Part shown: positions 31,221 through 40,698 of the stretch, one piece after another
Numbering within the stretch: the first letter of the stretch is position 1
Layout of the letters: each line of letters opens with the position of its first letter
Source of the DNA: Alphaproteobacteria bacterium
GTDB lineage: Bacteria > Pseudomonadota > Alphaproteobacteria > UBA7879 > UBA5542
Direction of reading: 5' to 3'
Length of the DNA stretch: 64,000 nt
Assembly (NCBI GenBank): GCA_046317875.1
Contig: JBKCVN010000022.1
Span: 18,654 to 82,653, forward strand
Made by a program: the position numbers and the translations under genes
Notes under the pieces: model-generated
Database searches by the model: none
What the model saw: the letters and a program-made list of their open reading frames with translations, nothing else
Told to the model about the DNA's origin: nothing

Positions 31221-32142
31221 GTTTATCCTGGAATATTTTGATACCAATAGTTTTAAAATATTCTTCCATGAATTCGCGGAAAAGATCCATATGATTTTGA
31301 GCCGATACGTTATTCGTTTTTTTCATACAAAAATAAGTTCGAACAATAGGTCCCTTGATTTTGGGCAAAATATGGACCAGCCCCCCTTTATAAATTTCAT
31401 TAGATTCACGAGGGGCAGAAATAATTCCTAAACCTTCTTTGGCAGCATTAAACAGCGAGGTAGTGGAATTAACTGTAATCGAGGGTGTTAGTCTTGGAAT
31501 CCCATACTTACCCTTGATGTGCCAATTAATATCATCAAAATAGGTAAATTCATGTTCTCCATACGCCAGCATTTTATGCTTCAATAAATCTTCTGGTGTC
31601 TTAGGCTCCTCGTGCCGCTTTATATACTCGGGGCTCGCAAAAAGCACATGGTGGTACGGGATATACCAGGCTTTTTGAAACCCTTCCAAATCTTCGCCCA
31701 CAGGCCGCAGCAAAATATCAGAAGTACGTTCCGTTTGCTTAGGCAAAATATCATTTGCAATAATATTAATACGCAAATTTTGATGTTTTTCATAAAAATC
31801 CTTAAGACTTGGCATAAGCCAGCTAGAAGAGACAGCAGCCGTTGTGGCAATAACAATCTCCCCTTTTATTTCTTGAGCATTTTGGTTATGAGCACTATGT
31901 ACACCCTCTAAGTATACATCCACCAACTTAATGGCATAAGGAATAAAAGATTTGGCTTCTTCTGTAAGGGTTGTGGATTGCTTTTTGCGGTTCACAAGCT
32001 TTACGCCTAATTCTTTTTCTAGCTCGTTAACATGTGCCCACATGGTGGAACGGGGAATACCCAAAATTTTATGCCCCCCGAAGTCGCATCCATTTTTACC
32101 TAAAAATATTAATGTTTTTAACGAAACTATTCTCATGATCAA
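31210..32142 (-). CDS. LysR-family transcriptional regulator with a divergent HTH
   Basis: LEKELGVKLVNR wing, LTEE, GEIVIAT, FASPEYI...PKTPEDL (CrgA-like substrate domain), about 310 aa. Confidence 0.85.
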   Translation of the reverse strand: MIMRIVSLKTLIFLGKNGCDFGGHKILGIPRSTMWAHVNELEKELGVKLVNRKKQSTTLTEEAKSFIPYAIKLVDVYLEGVHSAHNQNAQEIKGEIVIATTAAVSSSWLMPSLKDFYEKHQNLRINIIANDILPKQTERTSDILLRPVGEDLEGFQKAWYIPYHHVLFASPEYIKRHEEPKTPEDLLKHKMLAYGEHEFTYFDDINWHIKGKYGIPRLTPSITVNSTTSLFNAAKEGLGIISAPRESNEIYKGGLVHILPKIKGPIVRTYFCMKKTNNVSAQNHMDLFREFMEEYFKTIGIKIFQDKHEV

Positions 32143-32285
32143 ACTTTGAAAAATATAATAATCAAAAACTGTTAAATGTTTCTTCTATAGTTATTTATTT
32201 ATAACCCCTTTTTCTATTAGAAAAAATACTTTTATTTCTCTTTGATTTACTTAGAATCACCACAAACACAAGGAAATCTTTGTTT

Positions 32286-33350
32286 TTATTGACTAAAGTC
32301 TAATGGGTCAAATAAGGGATCAACTTCTTCCTGAGGCGAAAAACTTGTAGTTGGAGTGGTGACATTCTCTAAGGAAGACATCATAGGTTCTTCATTGGGT
32401 CCATCCACAACCATCTGAGGCGGGCTAATTGTAAAGTTTAAATTTTGATTTCCCGCAAGACGACTTTTCAGCTCCATCCTCTTTTCCGATAACTTTTTGA
32501 TTTCACCAGGCGTAGCGGGCCTAGGCACCAATACCAAGATAAAGTCATATGTTCCATCCAAATTTGGGCTAGAAATAAAATCAACCAAGTGGGTATTGTC
32601 CATCAGATCAAAAACAACTATTGAGCTAGCAGCATTAGACTCGTCCACACGATAAGAAATCACATGACCGCTGGACAAAGATTCTGTTTTTACAGAAGGC
32701 CAATTAATTTTGGGTAAATAAAGGTTTAATTTTTTTGTATCAACGTCCATTTGGCTATCAAAGAACTCTGCTTTATCTGCGTTTACAATAATCCAAGTGC
32801 TACCATCCTCATTAGGAACAATGGTTAGGGAGTTAATCTCATTTTGGGGAACCGAAACTGTTTGCTGAATGTTGACTATTGGAGGCGGAGGTGGCAAGGG
32901 CGCAGGTATTAATTCGGGATCATTATCCATTTCCATAGCCTCATCATCTACTTCTGGCTCAATCACAGGAGGCTCTTCTGTGATAATATCAATTATAAAA
33001 CTTTTTCCACGCAAGAAGCTGCCAACTACCCTAGAATAAGGAGACAATTGAACGATACAATATTTTTTACCCCTATCATTGGTCAGGTTATACTGTATTA
33101 AAGCGCCTCTTTTTATGATCATACGCGCTGGAATGTTCCAGAAAGTATCCTCGGGGCCACTTACCGTAATAAAACCAGCATCATCTGATTGAACGTACAA
33201 AGAAACTGGCTGAGTTAACTGAAAGGAAAGACGGCTTTTATTAAGCTCGCTCCCCACCTGAACATCGGTAATAGATAAGTTTGAACGAGCAAAAGAAGTA
33301 TTGAAACCAATAAGTAAAAAGAAACCAAATATTTTTAAAAATTGAATCAT
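32286..33350 (-). CDS. Secreted protein with putative AMIN-like domains
   Basis: Signal peptide ending SFA; ITDVQVG..SRLSFQL and IVVFDL beta-rich repeats separated by an acidic, polyproline linker. Confidence 0.55.
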   Translation of the reverse strand: MIQFLKIFGFFLLIGFNTSFARSNLSITDVQVGSELNKSRLSFQLTQPVSLYVQSDDAGFITVSGPEDTFWNIPARMIIKRGALIQYNLTNDRGKKYCIVQLSPYSRVVGSFLRGKSFIIDIITEEPPVIEPEVDDEAMEMDNDPELIPAPLPPPPPIVNIQQTVSVPQNEINSLTIVPNEDGSTWIIVNADKAEFFDSQMDVDTKKLNLYLPKINWPSVKTESLSSGHVISYRVDESNAASSIVVFDLMDNTHLVDFISSPNLDGTYDFILVLVPRPATPGEIKKLSEKRMELKSRLAGNQNLNFTISPPQMVVDGPNEEPMMSSLENVTTPTTSFSPQEEVDPLFDPLDFSQ

Positions 33351-33416
33351 TTTATCCCTGTTATTTACAAAGATACTAGATTTTTCTTATTTTTGCATTA
33401 TTTAAAATATTGTCCT

Positions 33417-33905
33417 TTATAAATTCTCTGCAGAAATAAGTTCTTTATTTACATCTTCTGACGGGGAACGTGGATAAGAAGAAAAAACCTTATAAAATAA
33501 AAACAAAATAATAATAACTAAGCTGGCCACCAGAACTTTTTTAGAGTTATAAACCAAAGATAAAGGACTACCCATTTTTTCAGATAGGGAAATCAACCGA
33601 AGCTCTTCACCGCTGGGAACCTCTAAAGCCTCATTAGTATGAATATGATAAGCTTTTTTAAAGGCGTCCAAAGTTAAGAAAGGATCTAAATCCAAGAATT
33701 GTGCATAGGATCTTACAAATCCTAAGGTATAGGTTTGGGATGGTAGTTTACCTAAATGGCCAGTTTCAATAGCCTTTAAAAATTCTTCTCTAATATTTAA
33801 GGAATCAACGACTTGTTGAATATTGTACCCTTTAGCCACACGTGCTTCTTTTAAAATAATAGAAATGTGTTTGCTGTAGATATTATTGTTTTCTTTTTCT
33901 TTCAT
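33417..33905 (-). CDS. RodZ-like membrane-anchored HTH protein, short form
   Basis: LKEARVAKG, LNIR..LKAIE, LP..TYTLGFVRSYAQFL, then a single TM segment. Confidence 0.8.
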   Translation of the reverse strand: MKEKENNNIYSKHISIILKEARVAKGYNIQQVVDSLNIREEFLKAIETGHLGKLPSQTYTLGFVRSYAQFLDLDPFLTLDAFKKAYHIHTNEALEVPSGEELRLISLSEKMGSPLSLVYNSKKVLVASLVIIILFLFYKVFSSYPRSPSEDVNKELISAENL

Positions 33906-33958
33906 TATAACACTCCCTATCTTATTATTTTACATATCAAGGAGGTGAATTCAACCTT

Positions 33959-35410
33959 TTAGTCTTTCCAAAAAGACGGTAACAATAAAATTAAGATGGT
34001 CACCAATTCTAAACGACCGAGTAACATCCCTCCCATCAGTATCCATTTGACTGGCAAAGAAAGCTCTGCGTAGGGCTGATTGGGGCCAATGTAGGCTCCC
34101 AACCCTGTTCCTAAGTTGGTTAGCATGGCTGAAGAGGCTGATAGGGTGGTTATAAAATCCAACCCACATAACGAGAGGCTAAATGATAGAAGGACAAAAC
34201 AAAATATGAATAAAATCACCAGAGCGGCTACAGAATCAAAAATAGCACCTGAAATTTGTTTACCATTATACTTGGGTAAAAAGACCCCATGGGGTCTCCT
34301 TAGTTTTTGCAGATAAATAAAAGTGACACGCCATAAAACTTGGAATCGAAAAACCTTAATACCACCCGCCGTGGACCCCGTACATCCTCCGATAAAAGGG
34401 GCGAAGAAAAAGACCATGGTTCCTATCCCGCCCCATAAAGCATAATCTGCCGAACAAAATCCTGTTGTTGTTACAGCAGAAACCACATTAAAAACAGATT
34501 TAGTAATAATATCAGCATAGTCGGACTTCTGAGTCCAAACGTTCCACGAGACCACCATAACAATGAAAGACAAAGTAAGAAGGCTATATGTTTTAATTTG
34601 ATCATCTTTGAAAAATAGTTTCCAGTTTTTGGTAAACAAATGACCAAATAAAAGTTGAGTGACCCCCCCTAAAAACATAAATAAGACCAAAACATATTCC
34701 AAAAATTTATTATTAAAAAACCCTATGGATTCGTCGTGGGTTGAAAATCCTCCGGTAGAAATCGTAGTAAGACTGTGACAGAGGGCATCAAACCAATTAA
34801 GCTGCAAGGTAATTAAAGCCAAAAAGCACAATACGGTTAGACTTAAATACGTGATAAAAATGACTTTAGCAATTTGGGCAATCCGGGGGAGGAATTTTTC
34901 CGATCGATCAGAGGATTCAGATTGAAACAACTCTAACCCCCCCACCCGCATATCGGTTAAAAGCGTCAAGGCCATCACGATAATTCCGATACCCCCCAAC
35001 CATTGCAACATGGCCCGCCAAAACAAAATGCCCCTGGGGAGCGTGTCTAGATGACGCAAAATAGTGGCGCCGGTAGTAGTTAATCCCGAAACTGTTTCAA
35101 AAAAAGCATCCGTATAACTAATATCAATAGAAGACAGAAGAAAAGGGATAGATGAGAACCCTATTCCAAACATCCAAGTAATAGCCGTTAATAAAAATGA
35201 ATCTCGTTTATCAAAATCAATTTCAGCCCCTGACTTATTGGAAAAAACCAATAAAACACCTAAAAAGACCATAATGGCTTGTGACAATAAGTAAATTTTA
35301 TAATCGGGATGATTGGCAACAAAATCTATCAGAAAAGAAGGGGTCATAGCCCCGGCCAGAATAAGGATTAACCAGCCAATCAGATAAAATATAGATCTAA
35401 AGTGTGCCAT
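33959..35410 (-). CDS. trkH: Trk system potassium uptake protein
   Basis: FFETVSGLTTTGAT, QWLGGIG, TISTGGFS, TTTGF, GGCTGSTAGGIK, GRLE. Confidence 0.96.
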   Translation of the reverse strand: MAHFRSIFYLIGWLILILAGAMTPSFLIDFVANHPDYKIYLLSQAIMVFLGVLLVFSNKSGAEIDFDKRDSFLLTAITWMFGIGFSSIPFLLSSIDISYTDAFFETVSGLTTTGATILRHLDTLPRGILFWRAMLQWLGGIGIIVMALTLLTDMRVGGLELFQSESSDRSEKFLPRIAQIAKVIFITYLSLTVLCFLALITLQLNWFDALCHSLTTISTGGFSTHDESIGFFNNKFLEYVLVLFMFLGGVTQLLFGHLFTKNWKLFFKDDQIKTYSLLTLSFIVMVVSWNVWTQKSDYADIITKSVFNVVSAVTTTGFCSADYALWGGIGTMVFFFAPFIGGCTGSTAGGIKVFRFQVLWRVTFIYLQKLRRPHGVFLPKYNGKQISGAIFDSVAALVILFIFCFVLLSFSLSLCGLDFITTLSASSAMLTNLGTGLGAYIGPNQPYAELSLPVKWILMGGMLLGRLELVTILILLLPSFWKD

Positions 35411-35413
35411 TCA

Positions 35414-35806
35414 TTAATGGAACTGGTGCCGTTCGTAGGGACTATCCAAAGAAAAAGCCGGGATTGAAACCTTAAAAGGTTCCCCTTCCAAACTTTCCAT
35501 CTCATAGTTTCCGAACATGATGCCTGATGGCGCACTTAACACAGCTCCACTGGTATAGCTAAAAGACTCCCCGGGGCGCACCACAGGTTCCAGTCCCACA
35601 ACCCCATCCCCATCTATTTCATGGGTTAATCCATTTGAATCCGTGATCTTCCAATGCCGTCTTCTAAGTTTTACCGCACGCTCACTGCGATTGCGGATGG
35701 TAATCTTATAGGACCAAACAAACTGCTCGGAATGGGGTTCGGATTCCTCTTCTAGGTACAGAGGTTCTGCGAATATTTCAATAGGTTGTTTGTGCATAAT
35801 AGACAT
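35414..35806 (-). CDS. apaG: ApaG domain protein; ORF track start is 35860
   Basis: YKITIRN, RHWKITD, GDGVVGLEP, YTSG, IPAFSLDSP. Confidence 0.94.
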   Translation of the reverse strand: MSIMHKQPIEIFAEPLYLEEESEPHSEQFVWSYKITIRNRSERAVKLRRRHWKITDSNGLTHEIDGDGVVGLEPVVRPGESFSYTSGAVLSAPSGIMFGNYEMESLEGEPFKVSIPAFSLDSPYERHQFH

Positions 35807-35881
35807 ACAATTTCCTTTATCTCTACTTATTAGATTATAGAAATTATAATTGGAATTCAATGGAATTTTTAATAGCTAACT

Positions 35882-37285
35882 TTACGATAAAAGGTGTGTT
35901 AATGAAAGTACTATTTTTTCTTGAAGATCTATATAAGCGGTGTCTTCGCCCACAAAATTCTGCATCATAATTGTAAAAATGTATCTTGTTTTCTCTCCAG
36001 CAAAAACATATCCTGCGATATTACACACGCCTCCCAAAGTCCCCGTCTTACCCACTATTTTTATGCCTTTTGGCAGACTTTTAAAATGATTTTGCAAGGT
36101 ACCTTCTAATCCCCCCACTGCTAATGAGGCTACAAATGCTTCTTGAAAAGATTTGTTCTGGTAAGCTTTATATAATAACTCATTTATTTTGTGGGCGGAT
36201 ATTAAATTATGATGGGAAAGCCCTGATCCATCCATTAAAAGCTGATCCTCCATATCCACCCCCAATCCTTCTTTCAAAGTCAGGGTCATAAACTTATGGA
36301 GATAGTCACTTTTTCTAAAAGCATGGGGGGTTTTAAGCATAATGGGAAGTAACAAGGATTCCATGATGGTATTATCAGAATTCTTCATGCCTGTTTTTAA
36401 AATTTGGAACAAAGGTTCAGAAAAATGACGAGCAATAAGAACAGAATTTGGATCGAGTTTAGCCACCTTGAAAATGATCTTTCCACGCAGCTCAACCCCA
36501 ACTTCTCGCAAAGCTGATTGTATACATTTTCGAACATACTCTTTAAATCTATGGTCTTTAACGGGCAGACAAATTTTAAAGGCAGCCCCCCCTAAGGGCA
36601 CACAACCTTTAATTGTCAGATTTTCTTCTAGATCCAGATCACACCTTTCCAGATACTCTTCTTCTAAACATATTTTTGAAATGGATTGGTTATCAATTTT
36701 ATAAGAAGGCTGATCTGGGTCATAAATAACAGTTGGCCTTTGTTTTTCAGTCGCTCCAGGCACAAAGCGCAAACAGATAACATTTTTATTAATATTAATA
36801 GCAGAAATAGGTGCCCCGTATTTAAACCGCACAGCTTCCACAGTCCATCCATCTTTGTATGGAAAGGGTGGTGTAGTATGTTCCCCCACCACAATATTTC
36901 CAGAAATCACAGACCCGGATTTTTTTCTGTAGCTTTTGAAAAGATCCCCTAAGTCTTTCAACCTAAAAGTAGGGTCACCCGCGAACTGTAAATAAAGATC
37001 GCATCCTTTTTTATGTAAAGATGTTTCGAACCGATAGGTTGATCCTAGCTTTGATAGCGCCACCAAGGCGGTAGGGATTTTTTGAAGGCTGGCGGGTTTC
37101 ATTAGTTTAAGGGAATTCTTTTGATAAACGATTTTTCCCGAATCCATATCCTGAATTTCAACCGCAACCATACAGCGATCATCGATTTGAGACATATACG
37201 CATCTAATTTTTCTGTTAGGGAGGATCCCCAAAAAGCAGCGGACATTTCGCACCATAAGACAATTAAAAGAAATCTTTTTTTCAT
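35882..37285 (-). CDS. dacB: D-alanyl-D-alanine carboxypeptidase/endopeptidase (PBP4, peptidase S13)
   Basis: PASLQK (SxxK), GDP, SDN, DGSGLS, GKTG. Confidence 0.93.
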   Translation of the reverse strand: MKKRFLLIVLWCEMSAAFWGSSLTEKLDAYMSQIDDRCMVAVEIQDMDSGKIVYQKNSLKLMKPASLQKIPTALVALSKLGSTYRFETSLHKKGCDLYLQFAGDPTFRLKDLGDLFKSYRKKSGSVISGNIVVGEHTTPPFPYKDGWTVEAVRFKYGAPISAININKNVICLRFVPGATEKQRPTVIYDPDQPSYKIDNQSISKICLEEEYLERCDLDLEENLTIKGCVPLGGAAFKICLPVKDHRFKEYVRKCIQSALREVGVELRGKIIFKVAKLDPNSVLIARHFSEPLFQILKTGMKNSDNTIMESLLLPIMLKTPHAFRKSDYLHKFMTLTLKEGLGVDMEDQLLMDGSGLSHHNLISAHKINELLYKAYQNKSFQEAFVASLAVGGLEGTLQNHFKSLPKGIKIVGKTGTLGGVCNIAGYVFAGEKTRYIFTIMMQNFVGEDTAYIDLQEKIVLSLTHLLS

Positions 37286-37367
37286 TGATTAATTATGGGC
37301 TTTATCGTGTTCAAAATCAACCAGAGCTGCTTGCGCACCGGGGTGGAAAAATGTATGATGAGCCATC

Positions 37368-37928
37368 ATGGTTCAATTAACAAAAATTTACACACGGGGT
37401 GGGGACAAGGGACAAACTTCTCTAGGAGATGGGAAACGTATCTCTAAGACATCCCTTCGTATTCAGGCGATAGGGGCTGTGGATGAAACAAATGCCGCTT
37501 TGGGTGTTTGTACTTTATTTTTAACACCCAATTTCATAAAAAGTATACGCCACATTCAAAATGACCTCTTTGATATTGGGGCCGATCTTTGTGTGCCAGA
37601 AAATTCTGCAAAAAAATCATTATCTTTAAAAGAAATGCAGGTGACATGGTTAGAAAAAGAAATGGACCGGTTCAATGAAAGCCTGCCCCCCTTGTCTTCT
37701 TTTATCTTGCCCGGGGGATCAGCTGCCTCGACCCATCTTCATCTAGCGCGAACCATAACACGCCGTGCAGAGCGAGATGTTTCAGCCCTAAGCGAACAGG
37801 AAGATGTGAATCAAGAAATTTTGATCTATCTTAATCGCCTTTCAGATTATTTATTTGTTCTATGTCGGGTCTTAAATGATAATGGAGCCACGGATATTTT
37901 ATGGGTGCCTGGTAAAACTCAGCGATAG
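37368..37928 (+). CDS. ATP:cob(I)alamin adenosyltransferase, PduO type
   Basis: KIYTRGGDKG, GAVDE, QNDLFD, FILPGG, RRAER, YLNRLSD. Confidence 0.95.
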   Translation: MVQLTKIYTRGGDKGQTSLGDGKRISKTSLRIQAIGAVDETNAALGVCTLFLTPNFIKSIRHIQNDLFDIGADLCVPENSAKKSLSLKEMQVTWLEKEMDRFNESLPPLSSFILPGGSAASTHLHLARTITRRAERDVSALSEQEDVNQEILIYLNRLSDYLFVLCRVLNDNGATDILWVPGKTQR

Positions 37929-37937
37929 AAAAATATC

Positions 37938-38492
37938 ATGAATTTTTTAATCCATATTCCTTTACTTTTAATTCTTACACTTCCAGCCCTGTCAAGAAAT
38001 TTGGGATACTGCCCCAAAGACTCTTTTCCCCTATGTGGGTCATCTTTAGCAGAAGCGCTGAAGGTTGTAACGAATTGTCCTTTAGACAAACCTGAAACAA
38101 AAAAGTGTGCCTTTATTTTGATTCAAACCCTATCCGAAGCCGATCACAAAGCACCTTTTTTTGAAACCTTTTATGAGAAAGATTTCGAGGTCGGGGATGT
38201 AGAAAACTACAAAAAAGAAGTGCAAAGCTTAAAAGAATACAGTCCAAAAGCCTGGCTCGTTTTACACAATCTATCAAAAGTTTTGATTTTAAATTACACT
38301 ACTATCTCTACTCTGTCCCCAGATCAAAAAAGATCCTTAGAAAACCTTCTACAACCTCTTTTTGAACGGGAAGAAAAACGAGATATGGACCTAAATGATG
38401 ATGCCCATATTCAAGATTTGATCAAAAGAGTTATAAAAGAAGCAAAAGCCATTAAATGGGATAGTTCCCAAAATCAAATCGCCCCTTCTTAA
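37938..38492 (+). CDS. Hypothetical secreted protein with four cysteines
   Basis: Hydrophobic signal-like N-terminus; 9 nt after the PduO-type gene and 100 nt before the likely tssK start. Confidence 0.7.
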   Translation: MNFLIHIPLLLILTLPALSRNLGYCPKDSFPLCGSSLAEALKVVTNCPLDKPETKKCAFILIQTLSEADHKAPFFETFYEKDFEVGDVENYKKEVQSLKEYSPKAWLVLHNLSKVLILNYTTISTLSPDQKRSLENLLQPLFEREEKRDMDLNDDAHIQDLIKRVIKEAKAIKWDSSQNQIAPS

Positions 38493-38591
38493 TTCCCATT
38501 CTCCCCATTTGTGCTTGAGTTAAAAGACTAGAAACGGTAAGGTAAAAAAGAGCGAGTGTTTCTGTTTATGGGCATCGTTTACGGGGCAGGC

Positions 38592-39932
38592 ATGGAAGAA
38601 AAAGCAAAATTTAAAATTCAAGATTCCGTTCAATGGTACGAAGGTCAGCTTCTGTATCCCCACCATTACCAACAAATGCGACATGAGATTCAGCAATTAT
38701 CCCTTTGTTACTTATCTTTGGCCATGCCCTGGTACTGGGGGATTAGGTCCCTAGAAATCGATCAAGCTGTTCTTAATAATGGACTAGTTCGGGTTAATAA
38801 AATTTTTGCTGTTTTTCCTGATGGGTCCGTATTTGAAAAAGATGAATCAAATCCAATTCCCTTAGAAATTGATATTTCGAACCTTAAGGACCAAATAAAA
38901 GATAAGGAACTAACCATCTATCTGGCGGTTGTTAAAAGACAAGATGACACATCAAATGTTGAAGGAGAATTCCCACGGTATGTTTCTCGTGAACAATCTT
39001 CAATTCTAGATGAAAACACGGGCGAAACCCCCCTTAATATAGCCAAATTATGTTTGAGCCCTATTCTGGTCACAGAAGACAAACTATCTGCCAGACTATC
39101 TGCTTTTCCTTTATTAAAGCTATCCCTACAATCGGGCACGTTCCAACTGACAGACTTCATCCCCCCCGCAACAGTGATTCAAAAAGATCATACACTTGGG
39201 AATCATATTAAAATATTAATCAATAAGATTCGCCGCCATATTGGCTACCTTTCCACCCGCCTTGAAAGCCTGAAACTGTCCGAGCTTGATTCAATTCTCG
39301 AACATTATGCTCGGGTATATAGAATTCTAACAAGTCGTATCCTAAGTTTGGAAATGCTGTATGAGTCTGGAGAGTCCCATCCTCATGAAATTTACAAAGA
39401 ATTGACGGTCTTTGCAGGATCTATTTGTGCCCTAATGGATCACAGGGTTCCCCCTACATTGCCTCCCTATCATCATGATGATCTGAAAACTACCTTTGCC
39501 CCTTTATTATCTTTTATTAACGAGCGGATTGATGCCATTAAGAATCCTTCCATTTCTATCCTATTTCATCAAGAGGGTCGGGTTTTTTCACAAGACATAA
39601 AAGAACATTATTTATCAAGTGACAGCCTCATAGTTGGTTTGCGTTTAGGGCCCATGATGAGCGCCGCCGAAGGGGGTAGTTGGATTAAGGGAGCAGTTAT
39701 TTCTTGTGATTCTTCAATCAAAGATATTAAAGAAAAAAGAATTCTAGGTGCAGAACGGGAAATTGTGGACCAAATACCTGAGATGGGTCTTGTTTCTAAT
39801 CCCAACTATATTTTTATTAAAATAAAAATAGATCCTACGTTTATTAAAATAGGCGAGGCCGTTAAGATATTTAATCCATCAGATCGAGAAGATGCGCGAC
39901 CAGAAGATCTTTTTTTGTATGTAGCTGAATAA
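38592..39932 (+). CDS. tssK: Type VI secretion baseplate subunit TssK; ORF track start is 38556
   Basis: VQWYEGQLLYPHHYQQ, WGI..LEID..L..G, FPDG, FIPP, HPHEIYKEL, PPYHHDDL. Confidence 0.92.
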   Translation: MEEKAKFKIQDSVQWYEGQLLYPHHYQQMRHEIQQLSLCYLSLAMPWYWGIRSLEIDQAVLNNGLVRVNKIFAVFPDGSVFEKDESNPIPLEIDISNLKDQIKDKELTIYLAVVKRQDDTSNVEGEFPRYVSREQSSILDENTGETPLNIAKLCLSPILVTEDKLSARLSAFPLLKLSLQSGTFQLTDFIPPATVIQKDHTLGNHIKILINKIRRHIGYLSTRLESLKLSELDSILEHYARVYRILTSRILSLEMLYESGESHPHEIYKELTVFAGSICALMDHRVPPTLPPYHHDDLKTTFAPLLSFINERIDAIKNPSISILFHQEGRVFSQDIKEHYLSSDSLIVGLRLGPMMSAAEGGSWIKGAVISCDSSIKDIKEKRILGAEREIVDQIPEMGLVSNPNYIFIKIKIDPTFIKIGEAVKIFNPSDREDARPEDLFLYVAE

Positions 39933-39933
39933 A

Positions 39934-40698
39934 ATGAACCCAGATATTTATTTAAAATCGTCCATTTTAAAAGACTTCAAAGTTTTCTATGCTGAACTTT
40001 TGCTTTTAAAAGAAAAGGCTCTTTCACACTCCTTGTCTGATGCTTTAGAAAATAGTTTAGGCGATCTTTCAAGCCTAACCCACCATATTCAAAAAAGGCT
40101 TGAATCCCTTTTAATGAACCAGTACAAGGCAGTGGGCAGCCAAAAAGGTGGTTATGCGGCGTATTATTACAGGGAGGCTCAATACATAATGGTGTCCCTA
40201 GCAGATGAGATTTTTATTAACTTGACTTGGCATGGTAGCGAAGAATGGAAAGATCATTTATTAGAATCCTTAATATATAACACACAGGATGCAGGGGAAA
40301 GATTTTTCCAAAACCTTGATCAGTTTTTAGAAACAGATACCACTCAAGGCACAGATATGGCCTCCCTTTACCTAATAGCCCTAGGTTTAGGATTCAAGGG
40401 AAAATATCGAAACAGCGCAAACGAACATGAGTTATTTAACTATCGCCAAAAACTATATCACTATATCAGTGGTGAAAATCCCCACTTAATGGTGACTGAA
40501 TCCCACCTTTTTGCACAACCTTATGAAAACATACTAGAAGCCCGACAAAATGCCGACATGCCCGATGTGCGGCCCTGGTGGGTAGCACTGGGTGTTATTT
40601 TGATCGGTTTTATAAGTTTATCTTCTTTAATTTGGTTTATTCATATGAATAATTTTTCTCCTTTTGTAAACAACCTTGAAAAGTGGACACAAGTCTAA
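39934..40698 (+). CDS. tssL: Type VI secretion TssL/DotU, without an OmpA domain
   Basis: YIMVSLADE, W....LE, AGERFF..L, LGFKGKY, C-terminal TM segment. Confidence 0.92.
   Translation: MNPDIYLKSSILKDFKVFYAELLLLKEKALSHSLSDALENSLGDLSSLTHHIQKRLESLLMNQYKAVGSQKGGYAAYYYREAQYIMVSLADEIFINLTWHGSEEWKDHLLESLIYNTQDAGERFFQNLDQFLETDTTQGTDMASLYLIALGLGFKGKYRNSANEHELFNYRQKLYHYISGENPHLMVTESHLFAQPYENILEARQNADMPDVRPWWVALGVILIGFISLSSLIWFIHMNNFSPFVNNLEKWTQV

Noticed and set aside
33959-35410. trkH without an adjacent trkA
   Set aside because: trkA is often encoded elsewhere; absence cannot be judged from one window.
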